Source: Gordonia sp. (in: high G+C Gram-positive bacteria) (GTDB taxonomy: Bacteria > Actinomycetota > Actinomycetes > Mycobacteriales > Mycobacteriaceae). From it: DNA of 64,000 nucleotides. The position numbers and the translations under genes were made by a program. Under the pieces are notes generated by a model. That model had not been told where the DNA came from, ran no database searches, and worked only from the letters and a program-made list of their open reading frames with translations. The DNA is taken from positions 7,222 to 71,221 of the forward strand of contig NZ_JAGQTN010000061.1 in NCBI RefSeq assembly GCF_020438995.1. The letters run 5' to 3'. This document shows, in pieces, positions 22,720 to 31,895 of this stretch (position 1 is the first letter of the stretch; every line of letters starts with the position of its first letter).

Positions 22720-24234
22720 GTGAGTAACGCCGCTGAACTTCGTCGCCTCGTCGACAAACTATGGAGCTACTGCGACGTCCTGCGCGATGCCGGGGTGTCG
22801 GCGATCGACTATGTGGAACAGCTCAGTTTCCTTCTGTTCCTGAAGATGGCCGACGAACGTCAGCAGAACTTCATGAACCCGGTGCAGATCCTTCCGCCCG
22901 AACTCGACATCTCGTGGGAACGACTTGCGAAGCTCGACGGTGTGGCTCTTGAGGAGGAGTACCGCCGTATCCTGAGCGAGCTCGGCAAGGAAACCACCAA
23001 CCTCGGTGTGGTCTTTCGTAAGGCGCAGAACAGGATTCAGGAGCCCGCTCTGCTCCGGAAGCTGGTCGTCGACCTGATCGGCTCGGAGAACTGGTCGAGC
23101 ATCGGCGGTGACCTCAACGGTGACGCCTACGAGGGCCTTCTGCAGAAGTCGGCGTCGGATGTGAAATCCGGTGCCGGACAGTACTTCACCCCGCGAACGC
23201 TGATTCACGCCATGGTGAACGTGATGCGCCCGAGCCCGGCCGACACCATCATCGACCCGGCTTGCGGTACGGGCGGATTCCTGCTGGCGGCCGTCGAGTA
23301 TCTCACCCATCATCACGGTGACTCGATGACACCGGCTCAGCGCCGGGCGCTGAGTGACGGCCGCACAGTGCGCGGCGTCGAACTGGTAGACGGCACAGCC
23401 AGGCTCGCAACCATGAATATGTTCTTGCACGGCATCGGGCAGGCCACCGGCGAACCGGTGATCGATGTCCATGACGCGCTGGCCACCAAGCCGTCCCGTA
23501 CCGCGTCGATGGTGCTGGCCAATCCGCCGTTCGGCAAGAAGTCATCGATCACCGTCGTCGGTGACGATGGGCGCGCCGAACGCGAGGATGTCGCGTACAA
23601 CCGGCAGGACTTCTGGGTCACCACCACCAACAAGCAACTCAACTTCGTTCAGCACATCGCGTCACTGCTCGCCATCGACGGGCGAGCGGCGGTCGTCGTG
23701 CCCGACAATGTGCTGTTCGAGGGTGGTGCGGGTGAGACGATTCGCCGGCGACTGCTCAACGAATACGACGTCCACACCCTGCTGCGTCTGCCCACCGGCA
23801 TCTTCTACGCGGGCGGCGTCAAGGCGAACGTGCTGTTCTTCGACCGCAAACGGGCGCGGCCGAACCGACCATGGACCGACAGGTTGTGGGTGTACGACTT
23901 CCGCACCGGTGAGCACTTCACCCTCAAACAGCGACCGCTGCGTGACGAGCATCTACAGTCGTTCATCGATGCGTTCAACGCCGACGACCGTTCGGCACGA
24001 GTCGAATCCGAACGTTTCAAGGCCTACGCCTACGACGACCTCGTCGCCCGGGACAAGGTGAACCTCGACATCACCTGGCTCAAAGACCCTTCACTCACCG
24101 ACGCCGACGACGGTGTACCGCCGGAGATCATTGCGCAGGAGATCGTCGAGGACCTGACCGCAGCACTCGCCGAGTTCACCGCAGTGGCCGACGCGTTGGC
24201 AGCCAGGGCTGCGGAGGTGGCCGCCCGCAACTGA
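22720..24234 (+). CDS. hsdM: Type I R-M methyltransferase subunit (N6-adenine)
   Basis: LVDKLWSYCDVLRD, GQYFTPR, DPACGTGGFL, NPPF, LRLPTGIFY; GTG 22720 is the likely start, with an in-frame ATG at 22651 as alternative. Confidence 0.95.
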   Translation: MSNAAELRRLVDKLWSYCDVLRDAGVSAIDYVEQLSFLLFLKMADERQQNFMNPVQILPPELDISWERLAKLDGVALEEEYRRILSELGKETTNLGVVFRKAQNRIQEPALLRKLVVDLIGSENWSSIGGDLNGDAYEGLLQKSASDVKSGAGQYFTPRTLIHAMVNVMRPSPADTIIDPACGTGGFLLAAVEYLTHHHGDSMTPAQRRALSDGRTVRGVELVDGTARLATMNMFLHGIGQATGEPVIDVHDALATKPSRTASMVLANPPFGKKSSITVVGDDGRAEREDVAYNRQDFWVTTTNKQLNFVQHIASLLAIDGRAAVVVPDNVLFEGGAGETIRRRLLNEYDVHTLLRLPTGIFYAGGVKANVLFFDRKRARPNRPWTDRLWVYDFRTGEHFTLKQRPLRDEHLQSFIDAFNADDRSARVESERFKAYAYDDLVARDKVNLDITWLKDPSLTDADDGVPPEIIAQEIVEDLTAALAEFTAVADALAARAAEVAARN

Positions 24235-24307
24235 ACCTTCACCTTCCGGTGAGTGGCTCGATGACATCACGCCCTGCGAAGCTGCGATGAGCAACCACTC
24301 GTCCTGA

Positions 24308-24349
24308 TACCTAGAGGTCCGAGGTACTGTTACCTTGTAGTTCTAGGTA
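24308..24349. promoter_or_regulatory. twin TACCT-N9-AGGTA palindromic boxes, probable PadR operator
   Basis: tacct-agaggtccg-aggta (24308-24326) and tacct-tgtagttct-aggta (24331-24349), just before the PadR start. Confidence 0.6.
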
Positions 24350-24361
24350 TGGAGGTTTGGC

Positions 24362-24718
24362 GTGCACATCGACAAGGACCTGGTGGCGGCCTCGGCGACG
24401 CCACTCGTGTTGGGAATCCTCGCCGATGAAGGCGCGTCGTATGGCTATGCCATCCTCAAGCGCATCCGTGAGCTGTCCGGGGGCAATCTGGAGTGGACCG
24501 ACGGGATGCTCTATCCGCTGCTGCACCGTCTGGAGCGGCACGGATACGTGCAGTCGTCGTGGCAGACGTCCGGGGAGGGCCGGCGGCGCAAGCACTACAC
24601 GCTCACCGATGCCGGACGCCGAACCCTCGCCGAACGACAGGACCAATGGGCCGTGGTGAGTGAGGTCCTGGACCGTGTCTGGCACATCGGCCCACTTCCT
24701 CAGGCGTTGAACCCATGA
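24362..24718 (+). CDS. PadR family transcriptional regulator
   Basis: SYGYAILKRI...GMLYPLLHRLE...RRRKHYTLT. Confidence 0.92.
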   Translation: MHIDKDLVAASATPLVLGILADEGASYGYAILKRIRELSGGNLEWTDGMLYPLLHRLERHGYVQSSWQTSGEGRRRKHYTLTDAGRRTLAERQDQWAVVSEVLDRVWHIGPLPQALNP

Positions 24719-26046
24719 GCGAAGAACACATCCAGCAGTGGCGCGGCTACGTTCAGCGACGGTCCGTCCTCGCAAGCGAGGACATCGCCGAACTCGAAGA
24801 GCACCTGCGCTCGCAGGTCGACGACCTCAAGGCCCTCGGACTCGCGGACGACGAGGCGTTTCTGGTCGCGGTCAAACGAATGGGACGCATCGACGACCTG
24901 TCGCGTGAATACGCCCGGGAGCACTCCGACCGGCTGTGGAAGCAACTGGTCATAGGGTCGGACGACACCGGTGAGTCCGGGTCTGGGCGCCGTGACCTGT
25001 GGGTGGCGATCGTCCTGGCCGTCGGCGCCGCAGTGACGCTGCGGACGGGACTGGCCTGGCTGGACGAGGACGTATCCGTCCGGCTCGCATCGGTGCTCGT
25101 ACTCCCCTGGCTCGCGGGCTTCTTCGCGTGGAAGCGTGGCATGGCGCGCTCGGCGATCGCGATCACGGCGATCGGATTCGTAACCTTCGGCGTGCTGTTG
25201 GCCGTCTACCCCTTCGACGACGATCCGGGCGACACGTTGGTGTTGGCGTCGATCCACGCCCCGGTATTCCTGTGGCTGCTGATGGGTGTGGCCTACGTCG
25301 GCGGTGACTGGAGATCTGGGCGCCGCCGGATGGACTTCGTCCGGTTCACCGGTGAGTGGGTGGTGTACTACTTCCTTCTTGCGGCCGGTGGCGGTCTGCT
25401 CATCGGCCTGACCGTCGGCACCTTCCACGCGGTCGGCATCGACGTCGAAGATGTTGTGACCGAATGGATCATGCCGTTTGGTTCGGCTGGGGCGACGGTG
25501 ATCGCGGCGTGGTTGGTGGAGTCGAAGCAGAACGTCATCGAGAACATCGCACCGGTGCTGGCGCGGGTATTCTCACCGCTGACCATCCTGCTGCTAGTGG
25601 CCCTGCTCATCGCTTTCGCCGCGGACCCCGACCTGATCGACGTCGACCGCGAACTGCTCATCCTGATGACGGTCATTCTGGTGCTGGTTCTGGCACTGTG
25701 GCTGTACGCGGTGTCCGCGCGGCCTCCGCAAGCCCCGCCCGGTCTCGGTGACTGGCTGCAGGTGGCGCTGGTGGTGACGGCGATCGTCGTCGACCTCGTC
25801 GTTCTGATCGCCATGGCCGGCCGGATCGCCGAACTGGGGCTGACCGCGAACCGGTCGGCCGCCCTGTGTCTCAATGTCGTCCTGCTGGTCAACCTCGCGG
25901 AGTCGGCTCGGCTCGGCCTGGCTTTCGTGCGTGGCAATCGTCCGGTCGCGGTGCTGGAACGCTGGCAGACCGCCTACCTGCCGGTGTACGCCGCATGGGC
26001 GGCCGTGGTGGTGATCGCCTGGGGACCGCTGTTCAGCTGGGCGTGA
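24715..26046 (+). CDS. membrane protein with permease-prefix domain
   Basis: N-terminal ELEEHLRSQVDDL..GL...EAFLVAVKRMG prefix followed by many TM segments; coupled to padR. Confidence 0.8.
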   Translation: MSEEHIQQWRGYVQRRSVLASEDIAELEEHLRSQVDDLKALGLADDEAFLVAVKRMGRIDDLSREYAREHSDRLWKQLVIGSDDTGESGSGRRDLWVAIVLAVGAAVTLRTGLAWLDEDVSVRLASVLVLPWLAGFFAWKRGMARSAIAITAIGFVTFGVLLAVYPFDDDPGDTLVLASIHAPVFLWLLMGVAYVGGDWRSGRRRMDFVRFTGEWVVYYFLLAAGGGLLIGLTVGTFHAVGIDVEDVVTEWIMPFGSAGATVIAAWLVESKQNVIENIAPVLARVFSPLTILLLVALLIAFAADPDLIDVDRELLILMTVILVLVLALWLYAVSARPPQAPPGLGDWLQVALVVTAIVVDLVVLIAMAGRIAELGLTANRSAALCLNVVLLVNLAESARLGLAFVRGNRPVAVLERWQTAYLPVYAAWAAVVVIAWGPLFSWA

Positions 26047-26067
26047 AACGAAGGTACATCAGTACTT

Positions 26068-26112
26068 GTCAACCTCTGGTTGACGAAAGAAGTGTGTCAA
26101 CCTATGGTTGAC
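26068..26112. promoter_or_regulatory. two 17-bp palindromes GTCAACC-N3-GGTTGAC, probable clpC2 operator
   Basis: gtcaacctctggttgac 26068-26084 and gtcaacctatggttgac 26096-26112, ending 3 nt before the ATG. Confidence 0.7.
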
Positions 26113-26115
26113 GGC

Positions 26116-26793
26116 ATGACTCAATCAATCAAACTCGATGACCTCATCTCGGCGATCGTCAAGGTCCACGACGACCCACTCGACCAACTGCAGGACGCCG
26201 CGCTGGCGGCTCAGCATCTCGGTGACCTCGCCGACCATCTGCTTGGGCATTTTGTCGACCAGGCCCGGCGTTCGGGGGCGTCGTGGAGTGATATCGGCGA
26301 AGCGCTCGGGGTGACCCGGCAGGCGGCGCAGAAGCGGTTCGTGCCGGGCAAGGACAGCAAACAGGACTTCAGCCGCTTCACGCCGCGTGCGCAGAAGGTG
26401 GTGACCGCGTCGTTGACCGACGCACAGACCCGCAAGATCGCCTTCATCGAACCGGCCAATCTGGCGGTGGCCCTGTTCACGCAGCCCGACGGTATCGCCG
26501 CCAAAGCCCTCGAAGCTCAGGGGGTGACCGTCGACAAGTTCACAGAGAAGCTGGAGTTGCCGGGTCCCGCGGAGAATCCACCCGCGCTGGTACCGTTCAG
26601 CGCCGACGCCAAGAAGGCTCTCGAGCAGACGTTCCGGGAGGCGCTGCGTCTGGGCCATAACTACGTCGGAACCGAACACATCCTGCTCGCCCTGCTCGAA
26701 ACCGAGAACGGTGACGGGCCCCTGCACGCGGCGGGTGTCACCAAGTCCGCCACCGAGGAGTTCGTCGCGAAGGTTCTGTCGGCGTTCGAGTGA
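26116..26793 (+). CDS. clpC2: ClpC2-like protein (HTH + Clp N-terminal repeat domain)
   Basis: HFVDQARRSGASWSDIG..LGVTRQAAQKRF, FSRFTPRA, REALRLGHNYVGTEHILLALL; closely resembles mycobacterial Rv2667 as I recall it. Confidence 0.85.
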   Translation: MTQSIKLDDLISAIVKVHDDPLDQLQDAALAAQHLGDLADHLLGHFVDQARRSGASWSDIGEALGVTRQAAQKRFVPGKDSKQDFSRFTPRAQKVVTASLTDAQTRKIAFIEPANLAVALFTQPDGIAAKALEAQGVTVDKFTEKLELPGPAENPPALVPFSADAKKALEQTFREALRLGHNYVGTEHILLALLETENGDGPLHAAGVTKSATEEFVAKVLSAFE

Positions 26794-26843
26794 GCCCAGC
26801 GGGGTGCTTCGCTGAGCCCGGCCACCGGTCGCTAGCGTGAGCT

Positions 26844-28070
26844 ATGCGATTGAACGACGGCGCGGACTGGCCCTCCGACGGTGGAATCCGGGGTCGCCTG
26901 CTGGTGATCCTCGGCGCGCTGTCGGCGTTCGCGCCGATCTCCACCGACCTGTACCTGCCCGCCCTTCCCGACGCCGCCGACGACCTGGGCACCAGCGCGA
27001 GCGGAATCCAGATCACGCTGGTGGTGTCGATGATCGGGCTCGGACTCGGGCAACTCCTCATGGGGCCGCTCTCGGACCGATACGGCCGGCGGGGGCCGCT
27101 GCTGGCCGGTACGGCCGTGTTCACAGTGGCGTCACTGCTGTGTGTGCTGGCGCCCGATGTTGTTCTGCTGGCGGTGTTTCGGTTCCTGCAGGCGCTCGGC
27201 GGGTCGGCAGGCGTGGTCATTGGACGTGCCATCGTCCGCGACCGGGTGGCGGGGCATCGGCTGGTCGAACTGTTCGGCGTGCTGACCGTGGTGGTCAGCC
27301 TCGCACCGATCATCGCTCCTCTGCTGGGTAGTGCGATCCTGCTCGTCGGCTCCTGGCGGACCATCTTCGCCGCCCTCGTGGTCATCGGGGTGCTGCTGGC
27401 GATCGCGACTATGTTGTGGGTGCCGGAAACGCTTGCCCCCGAACACCGAGGTATCGGCGGGGTGCTGCCCGGGGCGTTCCGTTCCTACCGGATACTGCTG
27501 CACGATCCTCGGTACATCGCGGTGATCCTGACCTCGGCCGCTGCCTTCGGTGCACTGTTCGCCTACATCACCGGCTCCCCGTTCGCGTTGCAGACCCTTC
27601 ACGGTCTGTCACCGCAGATGTTCTCGATCGTCTTCGGAATCAACGGGCTGTGTCTGATGGCCGGTGCGCGCTGGATTCGGGTGGGCGGCCCGGGGCTGCG
27701 CATCGCCGTGGGTGCCGGGTTCTTCACTGTGGCCACAGCGCTGCTGCTGATCGCCGCCGCCACCGACCAACTCGCGGTTCTTCTGGTCGCGTTCGCGACG
27801 TTGTCGACCGGTTACGGACTCATCGCGCCCAGCACCGCCGCGCTCGCCCTGATGAGCCACCCCGAACGGGCCGGTGCCGCGGCGGCCCTGCTCGGAGCGA
27901 CTCAGTTCGTCGGCGGGGCGCTTGCCGGATCGCTCGTCGGGCACGGCGCCGAGAACAGCATCACCGGCCTCGTGGTGGTGATCGGGGTGTCTACGGCGGT
28001 GACGGTTGTGCTGGCTGCGGTGTTGAACGGTGGTCCGGGAATGCGTGTCGGGTCGCCGGACCCTTCGTGA
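26844..28070 (+). CDS. Bcr/CflA family MFS drug efflux transporter
   Basis: TDLYLPALP, GPLSDRYGRRGPLL; 12-TM pattern. Confidence 0.9.
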   Translation: MRLNDGADWPSDGGIRGRLLVILGALSAFAPISTDLYLPALPDAADDLGTSASGIQITLVVSMIGLGLGQLLMGPLSDRYGRRGPLLAGTAVFTVASLLCVLAPDVVLLAVFRFLQALGGSAGVVIGRAIVRDRVAGHRLVELFGVLTVVVSLAPIIAPLLGSAILLVGSWRTIFAALVVIGVLLAIATMLWVPETLAPEHRGIGGVLPGAFRSYRILLHDPRYIAVILTSAAAFGALFAYITGSPFALQTLHGLSPQMFSIVFGINGLCLMAGARWIRVGGPGLRIAVGAGFFTVATALLLIAAATDQLAVLLVAFATLSTGYGLIAPSTAALALMSHPERAGAAAALLGATQFVGGALAGSLVGHGAENSITGLVVVIGVSTAVTVVLAAVLNGGPGMRVGSPDPS

Positions 28071-28077
28071 CCCTCGC

Positions 28078-28196
28078 TCCTGCGTCGCTTCGGCCTCAGG
28101 GATCAAGAGGGGTACCCGGTTCCTGCGTCGCTTCGGCCTCGGGGATCAAGAGGGGTACCTGGCTTCTCTGTCGCTTCGGCCTCGCGGTTGAGGGGG
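28078..28196. repeat. 43-bp tandem repeat (2 full copies + 1 degenerate), REP-like
   Basis: tcctgcgtcgcttcggcctc(a/g)gggatcaagaggggtacc at 28078 and 28121; degenerate copy from 28164. Confidence 0.85.
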
Positions 28197-28217
28197 CATT
28201 CGGTTGCAGTTGGTGGA

Positions 28218-29897
28218 TCAGTCGGTGCGTAGGAGCATCACGCCGCTGGGGGTGAGGCCGCCGCTGGAGACCACGCCCACCTTGGCGCCGGCGACCTGCC
28301 GCTCGCCCGCGTCACCGCGGAGTTGGACGATCGCCTCACGCAGAAGGCCCATGCCGTGGGTGCGGCCGTGGGAGAGCTGTCCGCCGTGCGTGTTGAGGGG
28401 CAGAATCCCGTCGCGGGCGATGTTGTGGCCGCCGTCGAGGAAGTCCTTCGCCTCACCAATGCCGCAGAAGCCGAGTGCCTCGATCCATGACAGACAGTTG
28501 AAACTGAAGCCGTCGTACAGTTGCGCGATGTCGACGTCGGCGGGTGTGAGGTCGGTGCGGGTCCACAGGTGCGAGGCCGGGCCCAGGACCTGTGGCTCGT
28601 GGGTGGATGTGGACTGATCCCACGGTAACGGTTCCATGATCTGGGTGCCGACGGCCTCCACCCGGATCGGCTTGGAGGCAAGGTCGGGCGCGGTGTCGGC
28701 GGCCGAGACGATGACGGCGATCGACGCGTCGCACGGTACGTCGCAGTCGAGGAGTCCGAACGGGGTGGTGATGGTGCGGGCGGTGAGATAGTCGTCCATG
28801 GTGAGTGGATCGCGGTAGATCGCCTCGGGATTGAGGGCGGCGTTGGCGCGCTGATTGAGGGCGATCCAGCCGAGGGTTTCCTTGGTGGTGCCGTACTTGT
28901 GGAAATGCCGGTGCGCGGTCTGGCCGAGGGTGTGTGCCGCCGACGTCGCGCCGAACGGCATCGACCAGCCCATCAGTCCCGATGCCCGTCCCATCGCCGG
29001 TCGTGGCGCCCGGCCCTGTTTGATCCAGTCGTCGGAGGTGGACTGCCAGACGGTGCGGAAACACAGCACATGCCGCGCCAGGCCCGTCGCGACGGCCATC
29101 ATCGCAGCGACCACAGAACCGCCGGGCCCGAATGTCTCGCCGCCGCCGTTGTACCAGGTCGGGTTGATTCGCAGTGCCGCTTCGAGCGCGGTCACACCGC
29201 CTTCGCTGTAGCCGCCTTCGGCGTTGCCGCCCGGATAGGTGGACAGCCCGTCGATGTCGTCGAAGGTCAGTCCGGCGTCGGCGACGGCCCGTTCGCACGC
29301 CTCGATGGCCAGAGCAAGCGGTTGCCGACCGAGACGACGGCCGATACTGGAGGCGCCGACGCCGCTGATGATGGCCTTGTCCTCGAACTTGGTGCTCGTC
29401 GCACGCGCCCGGACGCGTTTCGGATAGTCCTGCGGCGCGATCTCGTCGTCGGGGATCTCGCGGATGGCCGTGTCGTCGGTGCGTGGCCGGAACAGCGGGA
29501 ACCACACATCGCCGGCGGTGTCGCCCTGCTGATCGAAGACCACCTCAACGGGCAGGCCGAGTTGTACGTCGCCGGGTTCGCAGCCGGTGATGCGGGTAGT
29601 CAGCCGCACGCGCGGGTCCTCATCGAGAGCCACCTCGGCGATCACATAGGGCGGGGTGATACCGGGTAGCGCGAACCGCTCATTGACGGTGTAGCCGAAC
29701 ACGATTCCGTTGCCCGAGAGCTCTTGCACGTGCTGATCCCAGGACCGGCAGCGCGGGCAGATCGGTTTGGGCGGATGGATGAGACCCGCACACGAATCGC
29801 ATTGGAGAACGCGCAACACCCCATCCTTGCCCGACGTCCAGAAGAACTCGGTCTCTGGTGTCACCAGCGGCAGAATGGGGGGCGGCGCGTCAGTCAT
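28218..29897 (-). CDS. DUF35 (Zn-ribbon/OB-fold)-thiolase fusion
   Basis: N-terminal CDSC...CPRC + OB fold; C-terminal thiolase-like DCDVPCD, AQLYDGF, NTHGGQLSHG. Confidence 0.87.
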   Translation of the reverse strand: MTDAPPPILPLVTPETEFFWTSGKDGVLRVLQCDSCAGLIHPPKPICPRCRSWDQHVQELSGNGIVFGYTVNERFALPGITPPYVIAEVALDEDPRVRLTTRITGCEPGDVQLGLPVEVVFDQQGDTAGDVWFPLFRPRTDDTAIREIPDDEIAPQDYPKRVRARATSTKFEDKAIISGVGASSIGRRLGRQPLALAIEACERAVADAGLTFDDIDGLSTYPGGNAEGGYSEGGVTALEAALRINPTWYNGGGETFGPGGSVVAAMMAVATGLARHVLCFRTVWQSTSDDWIKQGRAPRPAMGRASGLMGWSMPFGATSAAHTLGQTAHRHFHKYGTTKETLGWIALNQRANAALNPEAIYRDPLTMDDYLTARTITTPFGLLDCDVPCDASIAVIVSAADTAPDLASKPIRVEAVGTQIMEPLPWDQSTSTHEPQVLGPASHLWTRTDLTPADVDIAQLYDGFSFNCLSWIEALGFCGIGEAKDFLDGGHNIARDGILPLNTHGGQLSHGRTHGMGLLREAIVQLRGDAGERQVAGAKVGVVSSGGLTPSGVMLLRTD

Positions 29898-29983
29898 GGG
29901 GGTCCTCTCGGCACACGATCGGCATTTACGGTAAGGCTAACAGTTGCCGACGTCGGTCCGTTACCACCAGTCCCACGGCGGGT

Positions 29984-31438
29984 TCAGCTGACCGAGCGTG
30001 CCCGCACCAGCCCTCCGTCGGCGGGGATCATGGTGACGTTGCGGTGCTGTGGGCGTTCGGCCGGCCTGTCGGTGGTCTCCAGGTCCACCCTGCGCAGGAT
30101 CTCGGTGACCACGGTGCGCATCTCGGCCATCGCCAGCGGCGCGCCAAGGCAGCGGCGGATACCGCCACCGAACGGCATCAGCGTGTGCGCGGTGGGTCGG
30201 ACGTCGAAGAACCGGCTGGGATCGAACGCGAACGGCCGCGGGTAGAGATCGTCACGATGATGCAGTAACAGGACACTGACCAGCGCCGTTACCCCCGACT
30301 CGAGCTGTTGGTCACCGAACTGCCACGGCACCATCAGCGTCCGGGCGACGACCGGTACCACGGGCCGGGTCCGCATCGACTCGTTGAGCAGGGCGTCGAG
30401 GTAGTTGTCGTTGCCCGCCTGTACGGCCTCGCGGGCGTCGGCATACACGTCCGGATACCGGGTGAGGCGTTCGAAGGTCCACGCGACGGCGTTGGTCGTC
30501 GTTTCGTGGCCGGCCAGCAGCAGCGTGACCAGTTCGTCGCGGATCTCGCTGTCCGGCAGGGGTTCTCCGTCCTCATCCCGGGTATCGAGCAGGAGCTGGG
30601 TGATATCGTTACGGCCGCTGTCGTTCTCGCCTCGCCGCTCCGCGAGAACCTGGTAGAGCGCCCGATCAAGCGGACGCAGGACCATCTTGGTCAACCCGAC
30701 GGGTGCCGACGAACGTGAGTTGAGCAATTGCGCGACGGTGGCGACGGGCGTGGCCGACCATCGCAACATTCGCAAAGTCGAATCACGCAGTGCCCGTTCG
30801 GCATCCGTTGCCGGAACACCGCCCGGTAGTCCGAACACGGCGGACATGATCACGTCGAGGGTGATCTGCTGGGCGATGTCTGCGACCGGCACCAACTCGC
30901 CTGTCGGCCATGCGTCGATGTGGGTGGCCGTGGCCGTGTCGATGCCGTCGCGATATGCGGCAACGGCTTTACCGTGAAACCGTGGCAGCAACATCGACCG
31001 CTGCCGGCGATGCCGCTGCCCGATCGAGGTCAGGACCGACTGGGAGCCGACGATGGGCGCCAAAGGTGACATCCTGGTCGCCGACGGTGCCAGTGCCGGG
31101 TCGGCCGTCATCAGTGCCTTGATGTGCGCCGGATGGGTCAGCAGCGCCACCCGCCCGGGACCGCCGGCCACCTGATAGCGCACGACACCTTGCCGGCGGG
31201 CTACGTCGGCGAAGAACATCTCCGACGGCCTGCGGACAATCCGAATGGACCGGATGACCGTACTCGGTGACATCGACGGCCGGGAAAGCACCGACCGCAC
31301 ATTCGACGGCGCGTCAGTGTGCAGCGGATAGGCGCGATCGTCCCCACCACCGATCCCGGACTCGTCGTCCGGCTCTGCCAGATGCCACGGCCGGGTGGCG
31401 CCGGGCACGGCGATCGAAGGTGCCGTCAGAAGATTCAT
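29984..31438 (-). CDS. cytochrome P450
   Basis: AGHETT I-helix, ESMR (ExxR), heme motif FGGGIRRCLG; SD aaggag. Confidence 0.93.
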   Translation of the reverse strand: MNLLTAPSIAVPGATRPWHLAEPDDESGIGGGDDRAYPLHTDAPSNVRSVLSRPSMSPSTVIRSIRIVRRPSEMFFADVARRQGVVRYQVAGGPGRVALLTHPAHIKALMTADPALAPSATRMSPLAPIVGSQSVLTSIGQRHRRQRSMLLPRFHGKAVAAYRDGIDTATATHIDAWPTGELVPVADIAQQITLDVIMSAVFGLPGGVPATDAERALRDSTLRMLRWSATPVATVAQLLNSRSSAPVGLTKMVLRPLDRALYQVLAERRGENDSGRNDITQLLLDTRDEDGEPLPDSEIRDELVTLLLAGHETTTNAVAWTFERLTRYPDVYADAREAVQAGNDNYLDALLNESMRTRPVVPVVARTLMVPWQFGDQQLESGVTALVSVLLLHHRDDLYPRPFAFDPSRFFDVRPTAHTLMPFGGGIRRCLGAPLAMAEMRTVVTEILRRVDLETTDRPAERPQHRNVTMIPADGGLVRARSVS

Positions 31439-31468
31439 TGTCAGAACTCCTTACGCGTCGTGATGGTG

Positions 31469-31711
31469 TCAACGGTAGATGGCGGCGGGGCGAATGACCG
31501 GAAGATGAGGCTGTGCAACCCGGATCTTCGTCCGCTCGGGACGGGGGTCACCGACCACCGCCTTGGAGTGCGCCGCTTCATGGCGGCGGCGGCGGCCGAT
31601 GTCCGCCGCCGCGGCGTCGGCCTCGCGCTGCCGATAGTCCAGGCTTCCGCCGTCGTACGTGAGCCAGGCGATGACGAGGACCGCGGCAATACTGATCAGT
31701 ACCCACCACAT
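31469..31711 (-). CDS. small single-pass membrane protein (hypothetical)
   Basis: SD aaggaga upstream of the ATG; N-terminal TM MWWVLISIAAVLVIAWLTY. Confidence 0.6.
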   Translation of the reverse strand: MWWVLISIAAVLVIAWLTYDGGSLDYRQREADAAAADIGRRRRHEAAHSKAVVGDPRPERTKIRVAQPHLPVIRPAAIYR

Positions 31712-31798
31712 CGGATTCTCCTTCTCCCTCGGTCAGGAATCGCGGGGTTGCGTTTTCCGTCCGATCTCCACGCTATGAGGGATGTTTGCGCAGTTCAG

Positions 31799-31859
31799 CC
31801 ACCCTCAGGCGGAATCGGTTCCCCTGCCGTGGGCGGACGGGTATTCCACCTGAGGGTGG
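31799..31859. promoter_or_regulatory. 17-bp inverted repeat in the divergent promoter, probable response-regulator site
   Basis: ccaccctcaggcggaat (31799-31815) and attccacctgagggtgg (31843-31859), one mismatch, 27-nt spacer. Confidence 0.55.
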
Positions 31860-31895
31860 AGGAATCGGGGCCGGTGCCGGGGTTAGACTCGACCG

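Noticed and set aside
28078-28196. Possible mini-CRISPR
   Set aside because: Units are contiguous with no unique spacers, and there are no cas genes.
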